Assembly (NCBI RefSeq): GCF_000012545.1
Contig: NC_007681.1
Coordinates: 630,001-662,000 of the forward strand
Direction: 5' to 3'
DNA length: 32,000 nt
Source: Methanosphaera stadtmanae DSM 3091
Lineage (GTDB): Archaea > Methanobacteriota > Methanobacteria > Methanobacteriales > Methanobacteriaceae
Shown in pieces: positions 1 through 9,607 of the stretch (positions within the stretch are counted from its first letter, which is position 1; each line of letters begins with the position of its first letter). The notes beneath the pieces are model-generated. The model was given only the letters and a program-made list of their open reading frames with translations, was not told the origin of the DNA and made no database searches. The position numbers and the translations under genes were made by a program.

Positions 1-2
1 TT

Positions 3-827
3 AATAAGCTTAGACAATATGGTGTAGGTATAAACCATATAGTTTATGGTGGAAGACGTTTAGGTATTTATTATATGGAAAAAGGTGCAAGTCAGAGACC
101 TTCAAAGGTAATTTATGATAGGGCTTTTTCTTCAATATCTGAGGCAGAATCTTGTGATTTTGATTGGGAAACCATATTTGAAGATGCTTCATGGTTTCAT
201 TTTTCAGGTATAACTCCTGCATTATCTGATAACTTGGCAGAAATTACATTAGAGGCATGTATTGTTGCAAAAAGTATGGGTATTACAATTAGTTGTGACT
301 TAAATTATAGATCTAAATTATGGACACAAGAAAAAGCAAACAAAGTAATGACAAAACTCATTAAATATGTTGATGTTTGTATTGCAAATGAAGAAGATAT
401 AGAAAAGGTATTTGATATTAAAGCTTCTGATTCTGATGTGGATAGGGGAATATTAAATTATGAATCATATAAGGAAGTTGCAAGAGAGATTCATGAAAGA
501 TTTGGATGTAAATATATTGCATGTACTCTTAGAACATCCATATCAGCAAGTGATAATAAATGGACATCATTAATATACTATGGGAATAAATGTTATCAAT
601 CTAAGGAGTATTCTATTCATATAACAGATAGGGTTGGTGGAGGAGATAGTTTTGTTGCAGGACTTATATATGGATTTATGAAAAATATGAACATTGATAA
701 AACTATGGAATTTGCAACAGCAGCAAGTTGTCTTAAACAAACAATAGAAGGGGACTTCAATTTAGTTACAGAGGAAGAAGTTAATTTACTTGCAAATGGT
801 AATGCTTCTGGACGAGTTCAACGATAA
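3..827 (+). CDS. PfkB-family sugar kinase, 2-dehydro-3-deoxygluconokinase (KdgK)-like; 5' end lies outside the window
   Basis: The frame of the 75..827 ORF stays open back to nt 3 (NKLRQYGVGINHIVYGGRRLGIYYMEKGASQRPSKVIYDR), so the listed ATG is internal. It carries the PfkB signature DRVGGGDSFVAGLIYG near the C-terminus, and the overall sequence looks KdgK-like. Confidence 0.85.
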   Translation, partial: NKLRQYGVGINHIVYGGRRLGIYYMEKGASQRPSKVIYDRAFSSISEAESCDFDWETIFEDASWFHFSGITPALSDNLAEITLEACIVAKSMGITISCDLNYRSKLWTQEKANKVMTKLIKYVDVCIANEEDIEKVFDIKASDSDVDRGILNYESYKEVAREIHERFGCKYIACTLRTSISASDNKWTSLIYYGNKCYQSKEYSIHITDRVGGGDSFVAGLIYGFMKNMNIDKTMEFATAASCLKQTIEGDFNLVTEEEVNLLANGNASGRVQR

Positions 828-862
828 TACATAAAAATAATTTAATTCAAGGAGACAATATA

Positions 863-2674
863 ATGAAAATAAGAGTAGCAGATTATATAGCAGAATTTTT
901 AGCTGAAAACAACATAGATACATTATTTACAGTTGTAGGTGGAGGTGCAATGCATCTTAATGATGGATTTGGTCATAATGAAGATATTAAATGTATCTAT
1001 AATCATCATGAACAAGCATGTGCAATAGCAGCAGAAGGTTATTATAGAATGTCAAATAAACTACCTGCTGTGTGTGTAACAACAGGACCTGGGGGAACAA
1101 ATGCACTAACTGGAGTACTTGGAGCATATCTTGATTCAATACCAATGCTTGTAATATCAGGACAAGTAAAATATGAAATGACAGTAGATAGTACAGGGCT
1201 AGATCTTAGACAACTAGGGGATCAAGAATGGAATATTGTCTCAACAGTAGATTCAATGACAAAATATGCACATATGATAAAAAATCCTAATGAAATAAAA
1301 TATGTTCTTCAAAAAGCATTATATCTTGCTACTTCTGGAAGACCAGGACCATGTTGGATAGATGTTCCATTAGATATTCAGGGAGCTATTATTGATACTG
1401 ATGATTTAATAGAATTTAATGAAGATGAATTGGATATAGATTTAGGTGTTAAAGTAACAAAAGATACAATTGAAAATGTTATTTCCAAACTTAAATCTGC
1501 TAAAAGACCAGTTATTTATGCTGGTAGTGCTATTAGAACAAATAATGCACATGATGAATTTTTAAAACTTGTAAATAAATTACAAATACCTGTTGTAAAT
1601 GCATGGAATGCTACAGATTCACTTGAATATGATAATAAATTAACAGTAGGTTGTGGTGGATCATTTGGAGATAGACCAGCAAACTTCGCTGTACAAAATA
1701 GTGATTTAATACTATCCTTAGGTTGTAGATTAAGTACTAGACAAGTTTCATTTGCATATGATAAATGGGCATATGATGCATATAAGATAATGGTGGAAAT
1801 TGATAAGGCTGAAATAGAAAAACCAACAATTAATATAGATATGCCAATACAATCAGATATTGGTGATTTCCTAGAAATATTTAATAAGGTACTTGATGAA
1901 GAGTATATGGGCTATGAATTTAATTACAATCAATGGGTAGATAAATGTAATGAGTGGAAAAATAAGTATCCTGTATGTGATAAATTAAAATACCAACAAA
2001 AAAGTCCTATAAATGTATATGCATTTCTAGATACATTATCTTCAAATATGATGGAATATGAGAAGATCGTGGTTGCTAATGGTTCAGCATGTGCATGTAT
2101 TCATGGATATAAACTTAAAAAAGGACAAAGATTGGTTGTAAATTCTGGTGTTGCTTCAATGGGATATGACCTGCCTGCTGCTTGTGGTGCATGTTTTGGT
2201 ATTGGTAAAAAACGTCTTGTATGTGTAAGTGGAGATGGAAGTATTCAAATGAATCTCCAAGAATTACAAACAATAGTGCATCATAAACTACCTATTAAAT
2301 TATTTGTAATAAATAACAATGGATATCAGTCAATAAGAATAACACAAAGATCATTCTTTGAAAGACCATTTGTTGGAATTGGTGGAGATAGTGGTGATGT
2401 AAGCTTCCCACAAATGAAAAAAATAGCTAATGCTTATTCTATTCCATATTATTCATGTAATGATATTAGTAAGTTAGATGAAACTGTTAATAAAACATTA
2501 AATCATGATGGATATGTGATGTGTGAAATATTTGTAGATACAAAACAGGAATTTGAACCAAAATCTGCATCTAAAAAGCTTCCAGATGGAAAGATGGTTT
2601 CAGCACCACTTGAAGATATGAAACCATTCCTACCAAGAGATGAACTTGAAGAAAATATGATTATTAAGAAGTAA
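863..2674 (+). CDS. Thiamine-diphosphate-dependent enzyme of the acetolactate synthase large-subunit / YerE-like family
   Basis: 603 aa. N-terminal Pyr domain with the catalytic-Glu context NHHEQACAIAAEGYYR and TTGPGGTNALTG...DSIPMLVISGQV. C-terminal TPP motif GDGSIQMNLQELQT...INNNGY. RBS AAGGAG lies upstream of the ATG at 863. Confidence 0.85.
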   Translation: MKIRVADYIAEFLAENNIDTLFTVVGGGAMHLNDGFGHNEDIKCIYNHHEQACAIAAEGYYRMSNKLPAVCVTTGPGGTNALTGVLGAYLDSIPMLVISGQVKYEMTVDSTGLDLRQLGDQEWNIVSTVDSMTKYAHMIKNPNEIKYVLQKALYLATSGRPGPCWIDVPLDIQGAIIDTDDLIEFNEDELDIDLGVKVTKDTIENVISKLKSAKRPVIYAGSAIRTNNAHDEFLKLVNKLQIPVVNAWNATDSLEYDNKLTVGCGGSFGDRPANFAVQNSDLILSLGCRLSTRQVSFAYDKWAYDAYKIMVEIDKAEIEKPTINIDMPIQSDIGDFLEIFNKVLDEEYMGYEFNYNQWVDKCNEWKNKYPVCDKLKYQQKSPINVYAFLDTLSSNMMEYEKIVVANGSACACIHGYKLKKGQRLVVNSGVASMGYDLPAACGACFGIGKKRLVCVSGDGSIQMNLQELQTIVHHKLPIKLFVINNNGYQSIRITQRSFFERPFVGIGGDSGDVSFPQMKKIANAYSIPYYSCNDISKLDETVNKTLNHDGYVMCEIFVDTKQEFEPKSASKKLPDGKMVSAPLEDMKPFLPRDELEENMIIKK

Positions 2675-2701
2675 GTATGTACTTAAATTGTTGTGGTATT
2701 T

Positions 2702-3601
2702 ATGAGGTATATAATTACTGGTGCTACTGGTATGATTGCCATTAGTATTATGAATCTTTTAAAGGAAAATAATGAAATATATGCAATAGTAAGGCCTGGT
2801 TCTTCAAAAATCAAGAATATTCCCGTGGATTCTAATATTCATGTTATTGAATGTGATGTAAGTGATTTATGTAATGTATCTCTTCCAGATTCTGATGTAT
2901 TATTTCATCTTGCATGGAAGGGGACTATTGATGGACGTGATGATTCATATACTCAGCTTGATAATGTTAAATATACATTAGATGCATGTAAACTTGCAAA
3001 AAAATCTAATTGTAGTGTATTTGTTGGTGCAGGTTCACAAGCAGAGTATGGATTAAAAGAAGAAGCATTAAATGGAAATATGTCAGTAGATCCAGTAACA
3101 GGGTATGGTGTATGTAAGTATACTGCAGGTAAATTAAGTAGAATATTTGCACAAAACATGGGACTACGGCATATTTGGGTTAGAATACTTAGTGTTTATG
3201 GTCCAGGAGATAATAAAAAAACACTCATATCTTCATGTATTGGTAGTATTCTTAATAATAAACCATTTGACACAACAGAAGGAAATCAAATGTGGGATTA
3301 CATATATTCTGAGGACTGTGCAAGGGCATTTATTAAAGTAGCAACAAGTGGTGTTGATGGTAAAGTTTATACCATTGGTTCTGGAAAAATTAGGCCTTTA
3401 AGAGAGTATATTGAAATTATACGTGATAATATTAATCCGGATTTTAATGTTGGATTTGGAAGACGTGCTTATAATAAAAATCAGGTCATGTATCTTAAGG
3501 CAGATATTAGTGAACTTGTTATTGATACTGGATTTGTACCTCAAATAACATTTGAGGAAGGTATTAAAAGAACAATTAAATGGTTTAGAAGAAATAATTA
3601 A
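2702..3601 (+). CDS. NAD-dependent epimerase/dehydratase/ketoreductase (extended SDR)
   Basis: MRYIITGATGMIA Rossmann GxxGxxG motif at the N-terminus and the YxxxK catalytic pair in YGVCKYTAGK. I prefer the ATG at 2702 over the listed GTG at 2693 because the Gly-rich loop normally starts within about 10 aa of the N-terminus. Confidence 0.8.
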   Translation: MRYIITGATGMIAISIMNLLKENNEIYAIVRPGSSKIKNIPVDSNIHVIECDVSDLCNVSLPDSDVLFHLAWKGTIDGRDDSYTQLDNVKYTLDACKLAKKSNCSVFVGAGSQAEYGLKEEALNGNMSVDPVTGYGVCKYTAGKLSRIFAQNMGLRHIWVRILSVYGPGDNKKTLISSCIGSILNNKPFDTTEGNQMWDYIYSEDCARAFIKVATSGVDGKVYTIGSGKIRPLREYIEIIRDNINPDFNVGFGRRAYNKNQVMYLKADISELVIDTGFVPQITFEEGIKRTIKWFRRNN

Positions 3602-3622
3602 TTACGTGTTTAGGTGAGTTCT

Positions 3623-4690
3623 ATGATTGAAGAAAAGATGGAAATAATATTAATCACATATAATCGAAGTAAGTACTTGGATAATACTTTAAATCAATTT
3701 TTAAATAGTCCATTTAAGAATTGTAAATTCACAGTACTTGATAATTGTTCACCAGATAATACTCCAGAGATATGTGCTAAGTATGAAAAATTATTTCCAA
3801 ATATGCATATAGTAAGACATTCAACTAATATTGGTGGTAATGCTAATATTCTTCGTGCTGTTGAAACTTCAGAGTCAAAATATACCTGGATTTTGGGTGA
3901 TGATGATAACTATGATTTTTCAACTGTTGATGATGTGATAGATGCAGTAGTTTCTGATAAGTATGATTTTATTTATGTGACCTCATGTTTATTACCAACA
4001 AATAAGAAAAATCCCTCTGATAAATCATTGAATGATATTTTAGAAGAAGAAAATAATATAACTAGTACTAATAAGACTTCATCTAGAGAAATTCATGTTA
4101 GGGAATTAATTGATATTATGAAGGGTAAATATTTCATGGACATGGCATTTATTTCAGCATATATTTTTAGAACTGATAGTTATGATTCTAATACTCTTAT
4201 TCAAGCATATGATAATGTTCCAAATTTCTTTCCACAATTTGCATTTATTTCAAAATCTGTGGATGAGAATTATTATGTTTATAAGTCAAAGAATGATATT
4301 ATAATTCAGGGGGATAATCCTGATACTGATAGTGAGCATACATATACCTTTACTAAGTTTTATGATGGATGGTTAAATTCTGCACTAATGCTTAAGGATG
4401 ATAATATACGACGTATCTGTTATCAAAATTTAGATAATCATTCTCTTACAACAAATTATTATATTATAGTGGTACTTGTTGCTATTATGGTTGATAAGGC
4501 AACAGGTCGTCCTAATATTAAAAATAATGTTTTATCATTAATTTCAGTTTTATATAAGTTAACAGGGTGGATTAAGGGATTTTTAATATCCATACTAATA
4601 TTACTTGTATATGTAGTTCCAAGTGGTATTTATGCAAGATTATATAAGCCTGTTTATGAAAAACAACAGGAAAAACTAGGTAAAAATTAG
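3623..4690 (+). CDS. Family 2 glycosyltransferase with C-terminal transmembrane segments
   Basis: ILITYNRSKYL...LDNCSPDNTPEI...ILGDDDNYD is the typical GT2 N-terminal core. The hydrophobic C-terminus is LTTNYYIIVVLVAIMV...FLISILILLVYVV. AGGTGA precedes the ATG at 3623; the ORF-track start at 3614 is a GTG inside that RBS. Confidence 0.75.
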   Translation: MIEEKMEIILITYNRSKYLDNTLNQFLNSPFKNCKFTVLDNCSPDNTPEICAKYEKLFPNMHIVRHSTNIGGNANILRAVETSESKYTWILGDDDNYDFSTVDDVIDAVVSDKYDFIYVTSCLLPTNKKNPSDKSLNDILEEENNITSTNKTSSREIHVRELIDIMKGKYFMDMAFISAYIFRTDSYDSNTLIQAYDNVPNFFPQFAFISKSVDENYYVYKSKNDIIIQGDNPDTDSEHTYTFTKFYDGWLNSALMLKDDNIRRICYQNLDNHSLTTNYYIIVVLVAIMVDKATGRPNIKNNVLSLISVLYKLTGWIKGFLISILILLVYVVPSGIYARLYKPVYEKQQEKLGKN

Positions 4691-4769
4691 TGTTTTTATA
4701 TATTAGGGGTTTATTTAAAATAACTTGTTAAATAGAATTATATATTAATAATAAATGGAGATAATTATA

Positions 4770-5327
4770 ATGGAAAAATTTAAATTTAATGAAACTTCAA
4801 TTGATGGAGTGTATATTATTGAACCTACAGTTTTTGGAGATAATCGTGGATACTTCATGGAAACATATCAGAAGGAAGTATTTAGTAGGGCTGGAATATC
4901 TTCAGAATTTGTTCAAGATAATCAGTCTAAATCTAAAAAGGGTGTTCTTAGAGGATTACATTTTCAACGTACACAGCCTCAGGGAAAACTTGTTCGTGTT
5001 ATAAAAGGGGAAGTTTTTGATGTTGCTGTTGATTTAAGAAGTAATTCAAGTACATATGGTAAGTGGGTTGGTGTTATTTTATCTAGTGAAAATAAGAAAC
5101 AATTCTACATACCTGAGGGTTTTGCTCATGGATTTTTGGTTTTATCTGATGAAGCAGAGTTTACATATAAATGTACTGATTATTATAAGGCTGATGATGA
5201 AGATGGAATTAAGTGGGATGATGAAACTATTGGTATTAAGTGGCCTTTAGATGATGTTGATGAGATTATATTATCTGATAAGGATAAGTTATGGAAGTCT
5301 TTAGAAGAAACTAATGTTGATTTCTAA
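4770..5327 (+). CDS. rfbC: dTDP-4-dehydrorhamnose 3,5-epimerase (RmlC cupin family)
   Basis: FKFNETSIDGVYIIEPTVFGDNRGYFMETY, VQDNQSKSKKGVLRGLHFQ and YIPEGFAHGF are hallmark RmlC motifs. The ATG at 4770 sits at proper distance from the TGGAG RBS. Confidence 0.9.
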   Translation: MEKFKFNETSIDGVYIIEPTVFGDNRGYFMETYQKEVFSRAGISSEFVQDNQSKSKKGVLRGLHFQRTQPQGKLVRVIKGEVFDVAVDLRSNSSTYGKWVGVILSSENKKQFYIPEGFAHGFLVLSDEAEFTYKCTDYYKADDEDGIKWDDETIGIKWPLDDVDEIILSDKDKLWKSLEETNVDF

Positions 5328-5368
5328 TTTCTTCTATTTTTTTAGTAAACTTTTTTTTTTTATTTTGT
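5328..5368 (+). terminator. Oligo-T archaeal-type termination region after the sugar gene cluster
   Basis: T7 followed by a T11 run (5351-5361), immediately downstream of the rfbC stop and upstream of the next RBS. Confidence 0.4.
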
Positions 5369-5396
5369 TATTCAATGATTTTTTTTAGGTGATTAT

Positions 5397-5969
5397 ATGA
5401 AAGTTGTAGGAATTGTAGGTAGTCCAAGAAGTAATGGTAATACAGAATATCTTGTTAGAAATACATTAGATGAAATAAGTAAAAATGGAATTGAAGTAGA
5501 ACTTATTACTTTATGTGATAAGAAAATTGATTATTGTACTGGATGTGACTATTGTAAGAAAAATAACAAGTGTCATATAGATGATGATATGGTTTTATTA
5601 ACATCTAAAGTAAAAGAAGCCGATGGTATAATCATGAGTAGTCCAGTTTATTTTGGAGACATGACAGGACTTGCAAAATCATTTATTGACAGACTACGTC
5701 CACTACGAAATATACATGCATTTAAATATAAGGTGTGTGGAGCACTAAGTTGTGGAGGTTTCCGTAATGGAGGACAAGAAAGTACTATAGCATCAATTCA
5801 TGACTTTTTTTTAATACAAGGTGCAATAATAGTAGGAGATGATAGACCTACAGCACATTATGGTTGTACAGGGGTGGGTGATACAAAAAAAGATACTGTT
5901 GGATACGATACTTCAATATATTTAGCACATAGGATGTGTGATGTTCTTAAAAAAATAAATAATAAATAA
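5397..5969 (+). CDS. Iron-sulfur flavoprotein (ISF) / NADPH-dependent FMN reductase family
   Basis: VVGIVGSPRSNGNT flavodoxin-like N-terminus. Compact Cys motif CTGCDYCKKNNKC (CX2CX2CX5C), as in Methanosarcina ISF. SSPVYFGDMTG. AGGTGA RBS. Confidence 0.8.
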   Translation: MKVVGIVGSPRSNGNTEYLVRNTLDEISKNGIEVELITLCDKKIDYCTGCDYCKKNNKCHIDDDMVLLTSKVKEADGIIMSSPVYFGDMTGLAKSFIDRLRPLRNIHAFKYKVCGALSCGGFRNGGQESTIASIHDFFLIQGAIIVGDDRPTAHYGCTGVGDTKKDTVGYDTSIYLAHRMCDVLKKINNK

Positions 5970-6090
5970 TTAATATTTTCTAATATAATTTCAATTTTAC
6001 TTTAAAATATAAAAATAATGTTTAATATATATAGTAACAGAATTTTAAAAATATTAAATTAATAAAAACACAACACAGGACACGAAGAAA

Positions 6091-6798
6091 ATGAACAAAG
6101 AAGACATACCACCAATAACATCAAGTATATATATTGTTTTATCCTGTTACAATGAAGAAGAAACACTTGAAGAAGTAACAACAGAACTTGTTAAACGTGG
6201 ATTTAAGGTTTTAATTATAGATGATGGATCAGTAGACAGTAGTCCAGAGATAGCAAAGAAATTAGTTGATAAATTCTCACCCATGGTATATCTCTACAGA
6301 CATACTATTAATGTTGGATTAGGGGGAGCTATTAAAACTGGAATAAAAGCAGCCCTAAGTAAAAATGCTGATATAATAATTACATTTGATGCAGATGGAC
6401 AACATAATCCAGATGACTTGTATAATATGTATCCACCTCTACAAGATGGAAGTGCAGATGTTGTTATAGCTTCAAGGGATTTTAATGACATGCCAAAGGG
6501 TAGACGTTTTGGAAATACTGTTATGAACTATATAACATATATATTTCAGGGAAAAATGGTTACTGATTCACAATCAGGTCTTAGAGCATTTACAAATGAA
6601 GCAGCACGTAAATTAAATCTAAAATCTCCACAATATGGTGTATCATCTGAAATTATTGGTGAAATAAAAAGACGTAATTTAAGATTAAAAGAAGTACCAA
6701 TGACTACAATATATGATAAAAGAACAATAGAAAAGGGTACAAATACAATTGTAGGATTAAAAATTATATTAGAATTTCTTAATGAAACATTCAAATAA
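6091..6798 (+). CDS. Family 2 glycosyltransferase (dolichyl-phosphate sugar synthase-like)
   Basis: YIVLSCYNEEETL, LIIDDGSVDSSPEI and the ITFDADGQH DXD motif. 235 aa, soluble, Dpm1/GtrB-like size. Confidence 0.8.
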   Translation: MNKEDIPPITSSIYIVLSCYNEEETLEEVTTELVKRGFKVLIIDDGSVDSSPEIAKKLVDKFSPMVYLYRHTINVGLGGAIKTGIKAALSKNADIIITFDADGQHNPDDLYNMYPPLQDGSADVVIASRDFNDMPKGRRFGNTVMNYITYIFQGKMVTDSQSGLRAFTNEAARKLNLKSPQYGVSSEIIGEIKRRNLRLKEVPMTTIYDKRTIEKGTNTIVGLKIILEFLNETFK

Positions 6799-6813
6799 TA
6801 GGGGAGATTTACA

Positions 6814-7146
6814 ATGGAATTATATCAAATAATAATTATTGTAGTTAGTGTTGCTGTTATTTTATTGGTAAGTAAACGTTTTCGTAACGATACACTTAGT
6901 ATAGGAACATATATTGAATGGTTGGTTATATGGATTTTAGTTATATTAGCAGCATTATTTCCACAGATAAGTATAAATTTAGCATCATTTGCTGGACTTG
7001 GAAGGGGATTAGATGCATTGTATATACTTTCTATAATAATTCTATTCTATCTTTTATTCAAATTATACAATAAAATAGAAGATCAGAAAAAGCGTATAAA
7101 TAAATTAGTTAGTGAATTAGCACTAGATAATGAAAATAAAAAATAA
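6814..7146 (+). CDS. Small membrane protein, DUF2304-like partner of the preceding GT2
   Basis: 110 aa with three hydrophobic helices followed by an amphipathic coiled tail (KIEDQKKRINKLVSELAL). The start is 16 nt after the GT2 stop, with a GGGGAG RBS. Confidence 0.6.
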   Translation: MELYQIIIIVVSVAVILLVSKRFRNDTLSIGTYIEWLVIWILVILAALFPQISINLASFAGLGRGLDALYILSIIILFYLLFKLYNKIEDQKKRINKLVSELALDNENKK

Positions 7147-7175
7147 GAATTTTAAATATTAATATCCACCCCTAA

Positions 7176-7204
7176 TTTTTTTTTATGAAAAAACTATTTT
7201 TCAT
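7176..7204 (+). terminator. Oligo-T tract plus short AT hairpin
   Basis: T9 at 7176-7184, then ATGAAAAA/TTTTTCAT 8-bp inverted repeat (7185-7192 / 7197-7204), downstream of the 6814-7146 CDS. Confidence 0.35.
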
Positions 7205-7347
7205 TTATTAGCTTATTAATTATACCTAATTTTAATATAATAATAAGCATATATATTTATAAAGATATAGAATTTTAATAAAATATTTTATTTTAAATTA
7301 ATAAAATCTCAAATTCAAACAGATAATCTAAAATGGAGGAATTAATA

Positions 7348-7725
7348 ATGTTTCCAGGTGGAAAAATAAATCCTAAACAATTAAAACAAATGGAAAGAAC
7401 AATGAAAAAAATGGGAATGAACATGAAGGAGCTCAAAGGAGTTGAAGAAGTAGTAATTGTTCTTAAAGATAAAGAACTTGTTATAAAAGATGCTGAAGTA
7501 AGTATGATGAATGCAATGGGTCAAAAAACTTATCAAGTAACAGGTAAAGCTGAAGAAAGAATAAAAGGAAGTGGAGATAGTTCTGCTAGTGAAGAAAAAG
7601 CTGAAATATCCGATGATGATATAGAATTAGTAGCATCACAAACTGGAAAATCAAAATCTGAAGCTCAAAAAGTTCTTGAAGAAACTAATGGTGACTTAGC
7701 AGAAGCAATTATGAGGTTATCATAA
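7348..7725 (+). CDS. nac: Nascent polypeptide-associated complex protein (archaeal NAC alpha homologue)
   Basis: MFPGGKINPKQLKQMERTMKKMGMNM N-terminus, NAC beta-barrel core (VEEVVIVLKDKELVIKDAEVSMMNAMGQKTYQVTG) and C-terminal UBA-like SEAQKVLEETNGDLAEAIMRL. A TGGAGG RBS favours the ATG at 7348. Confidence 0.9.
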   Translation: MFPGGKINPKQLKQMERTMKKMGMNMKELKGVEEVVIVLKDKELVIKDAEVSMMNAMGQKTYQVTGKAEERIKGSGDSSASEEKAEISDDDIELVASQTGKSKSEAQKVLEETNGDLAEAIMRLS

Positions 7726-7726
7726 A

Positions 7727-8458
7727 ATGACAAAGATTGTCCACATTTCTGATTTACACACTGGTTATGCTCAATTTAGAGAAGATCTTCTACTTCAAAC
7801 AATCGATGAAATAAACAAAATACAACCATCAGCCGTAGTAATATCTGGAGATTTAACTGATCAAGGATTTTATAGGGAATTTATAGAAGCAAAGGAATAT
7901 ATAGACTTAATACAACCGAAAACATTGATAGTTCCTGGAAACCATGATGCACGAAACATTGGTGACACAGTATTTGAGGAATTATTCGGTAAAAGATACA
8001 GTGTACTTGAATTAAAAGAAGAAGCAATAAAAATAATTGGTTTGGATAGTAGTGAACCAGATTTAGGACATGGAAAGATTGGTAGATTACAAAAAAAGTT
8101 TATGGAAGATGAAATAGCTGATGCAAAAGAAAAAGGATTATTTATCATAATAGTACTACATCATCATATAATATCAATACCAAATACTGGTAGGGAAAGA
8201 AATATTTTAAGTGATGCAGGAGATATCTTACTAACAATATTAGAAAACAATGTAAACTTAGTATTATCAGGACATAAACATGTACCACATGCTTGGAAGA
8301 TGAATAATACACTATTTGCAACTGCAGGAACAGTTTCATCTATGAAGTTACGTGGAAATACATGTCCATCATACAATGTAATTGATATTAATAATCAGTA
8401 TATTGAAATAATGTTACATAATTCTAATGGAACAATAAAACCATTAAGACATCCATAA
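7727..8458 (+). CDS. Calcineurin-like metallophosphoesterase
   Basis: The full motif set is present: HISDLHTG, SGDLTDQG, PGNHD, VLHHH, SGHKH. It starts 1 nt after the NAC stop. Confidence 0.85.
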   Translation: MTKIVHISDLHTGYAQFREDLLLQTIDEINKIQPSAVVISGDLTDQGFYREFIEAKEYIDLIQPKTLIVPGNHDARNIGDTVFEELFGKRYSVLELKEEAIKIIGLDSSEPDLGHGKIGRLQKKFMEDEIADAKEKGLFIIIVLHHHIISIPNTGRERNILSDAGDILLTILENNVNLVLSGHKHVPHAWKMNNTLFATAGTVSSMKLRGNTCPSYNVIDINNQYIEIMLHNSNGTIKPLRHP

Positions 8459-8566
8459 CACTAATTCCATATAATTTAAAAAAGTAAATATATCAAAAAT
8501 AATATAAATATATTAATAAATAAATTAGAAAATTTTAAAATAAATAGAATAAAAAAAGGTGATCTT

Positions 8567-9607
8567 TTGAAAATAATTGTTGATGGGTCTAATGTAGCAT
8601 ATTATGGACAGCAACCCAACGAAGAAACAGGAAAGGTAACTCCAAGTTTAAAAACTCTTAAAGTTGCTATAAATACTCTTAAAAAACTAGGACATGAACC
8701 AATTGTTCTATCTGATGCACCATTACGACATGAAATTGATGATAAAGATGGCTTTAATGAAATGATCCAAAATGAAGAGGTGTTTCCAGTACCTGCAGGT
8801 ACAATAGCAGATCATTATATATTAAACCTAGCTTATGAGAAAGATGCTAAAATATTATCAAATGACTTCTTTAGAGATTATCAGGATGAATTTCAAGATA
8901 TTAACAGTAGACGTCTACCATACAGAGTTAAAAATGGTAGATTTCAAATAGGTAAACCAGCACCTCCTAAGAAAGTAAAAAACATACTACAAAAAATCTG
9001 CTCAAATTCATTAAATGAATTTGAAAGAAGGGGTTTTGATGTATATAAATCTAAGAAAAATAGAAAATTTTCAGGATTATCTGTAGCTCAAGAGGCAATA
9101 AACAGGGTAAGTAAAGAGGATGAAAATGCAATAGATTCAAAACTAGAAAATATCTTCCTTAAAGTACCAATATTAAATAAGATGGTAAGCTTAGTAGATG
9201 AAGATATAGATGAATCAGATTTTCTCATATTTGTACTTGTAAATCCTAAAGATTACAAGGAAGCAGTACGTAATGCAGGAACAATAGCAGTTACTGTACG
9301 TAACAAATTAAACTTAGATCATTCCCCACTAGTAGCAGTACGTAATGATCTATTTACAAGACCGGGAACATTTGAATTGAATATAATATATTCTGATGAA
9401 ATTCTTGAAGAATCACCATATAATGTGGATATAATAATAAATGATACAGATTACTCATTTATTAAACATAATTCAAGAAATATTGCAAGTACACTTGCAG
9501 CAAGACTTGGAACATGGAAATTCCCAATTGTATCAGTAAAACCAAGTATGTTAATGGAAAAACCTGGACAATTTGAAATTTCTATAGAAAGAGGGGGTAG
9601 AAATTAG
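8567..9607 (+). CDS. NYN (Zc3h12a-like) ribonuclease domain protein with an uncharacterised ~190-aa C-terminal domain
   Basis: The N-terminus MKIIVDGSNVAYYG...IVLSDAPLRHE...ADHYILNLAYEKDAKILSNDFFRDY matches the NYN/PIN-like Asp pattern. TTG start 4-5 nt after AAAGGTGA. I do not recognise the C-terminal half. Confidence 0.7.
   Translation: MKIIVDGSNVAYYGQQPNEETGKVTPSLKTLKVAINTLKKLGHEPIVLSDAPLRHEIDDKDGFNEMIQNEEVFPVPAGTIADHYILNLAYEKDAKILSNDFFRDYQDEFQDINSRRLPYRVKNGRFQIGKPAPPKKVKNILQKICSNSLNEFERRGFDVYKSKKNRKFSGLSVAQEAINRVSKEDENAIDSKLENIFLKVPILNKMVSLVDEDIDESDFLIFVLVNPKDYKEAVRNAGTIAVTVRNKLNLDHSPLVAVRNDLFTRPGTFELNIIYSDEILEESPYNVDIIINDTDYSFIKHNSRNIASTLAARLGTWKFPIVSVKPSMLMEKPGQFEISIERGGRN

Noticed and set aside
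75-77. ATG at 75 as the start of the sugar kinase
   Set aside because: The same frame has no stop back to nt 3, and the upstream residues (GVGINHIVYGGRRLGIYY) continue the KdgK-like sequence. The gene is truncated by the window edge, not started here.
10-222. 70-aa minus-strand ORF at the left edge
   Set aside because: It lies entirely antisense to the KdgK-like CDS, whose frame is open and homologous through this region. It has no RBS or recognisable motif. Stop-poor antisense frames of this kind are expected by chance.
2693-2701. Upstream alternative starts listed in the ORF track (2693, 3614, 4755, 7333, 28873)
   Set aside because: In each case a downstream ATG sits 5-9 nt after a GGAGG/AGGTGA-like motif and gives the canonical family N-terminus. 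The upstream GTG/ATG lies within or before the RBS.
9605-9607. The in-frame TAG between the NYN and palm ORFs as a pyrrolysine codon
   Set aside because: Pyrrolysine machinery is known from Methanosarcinales/Methanomassiliicoccales, not Methanobacteriales. No pyl genes or PYLIS-like context are visible here. Stop-start coupling or gene fission is the more economical reading. The junction itself is kept as a finding.
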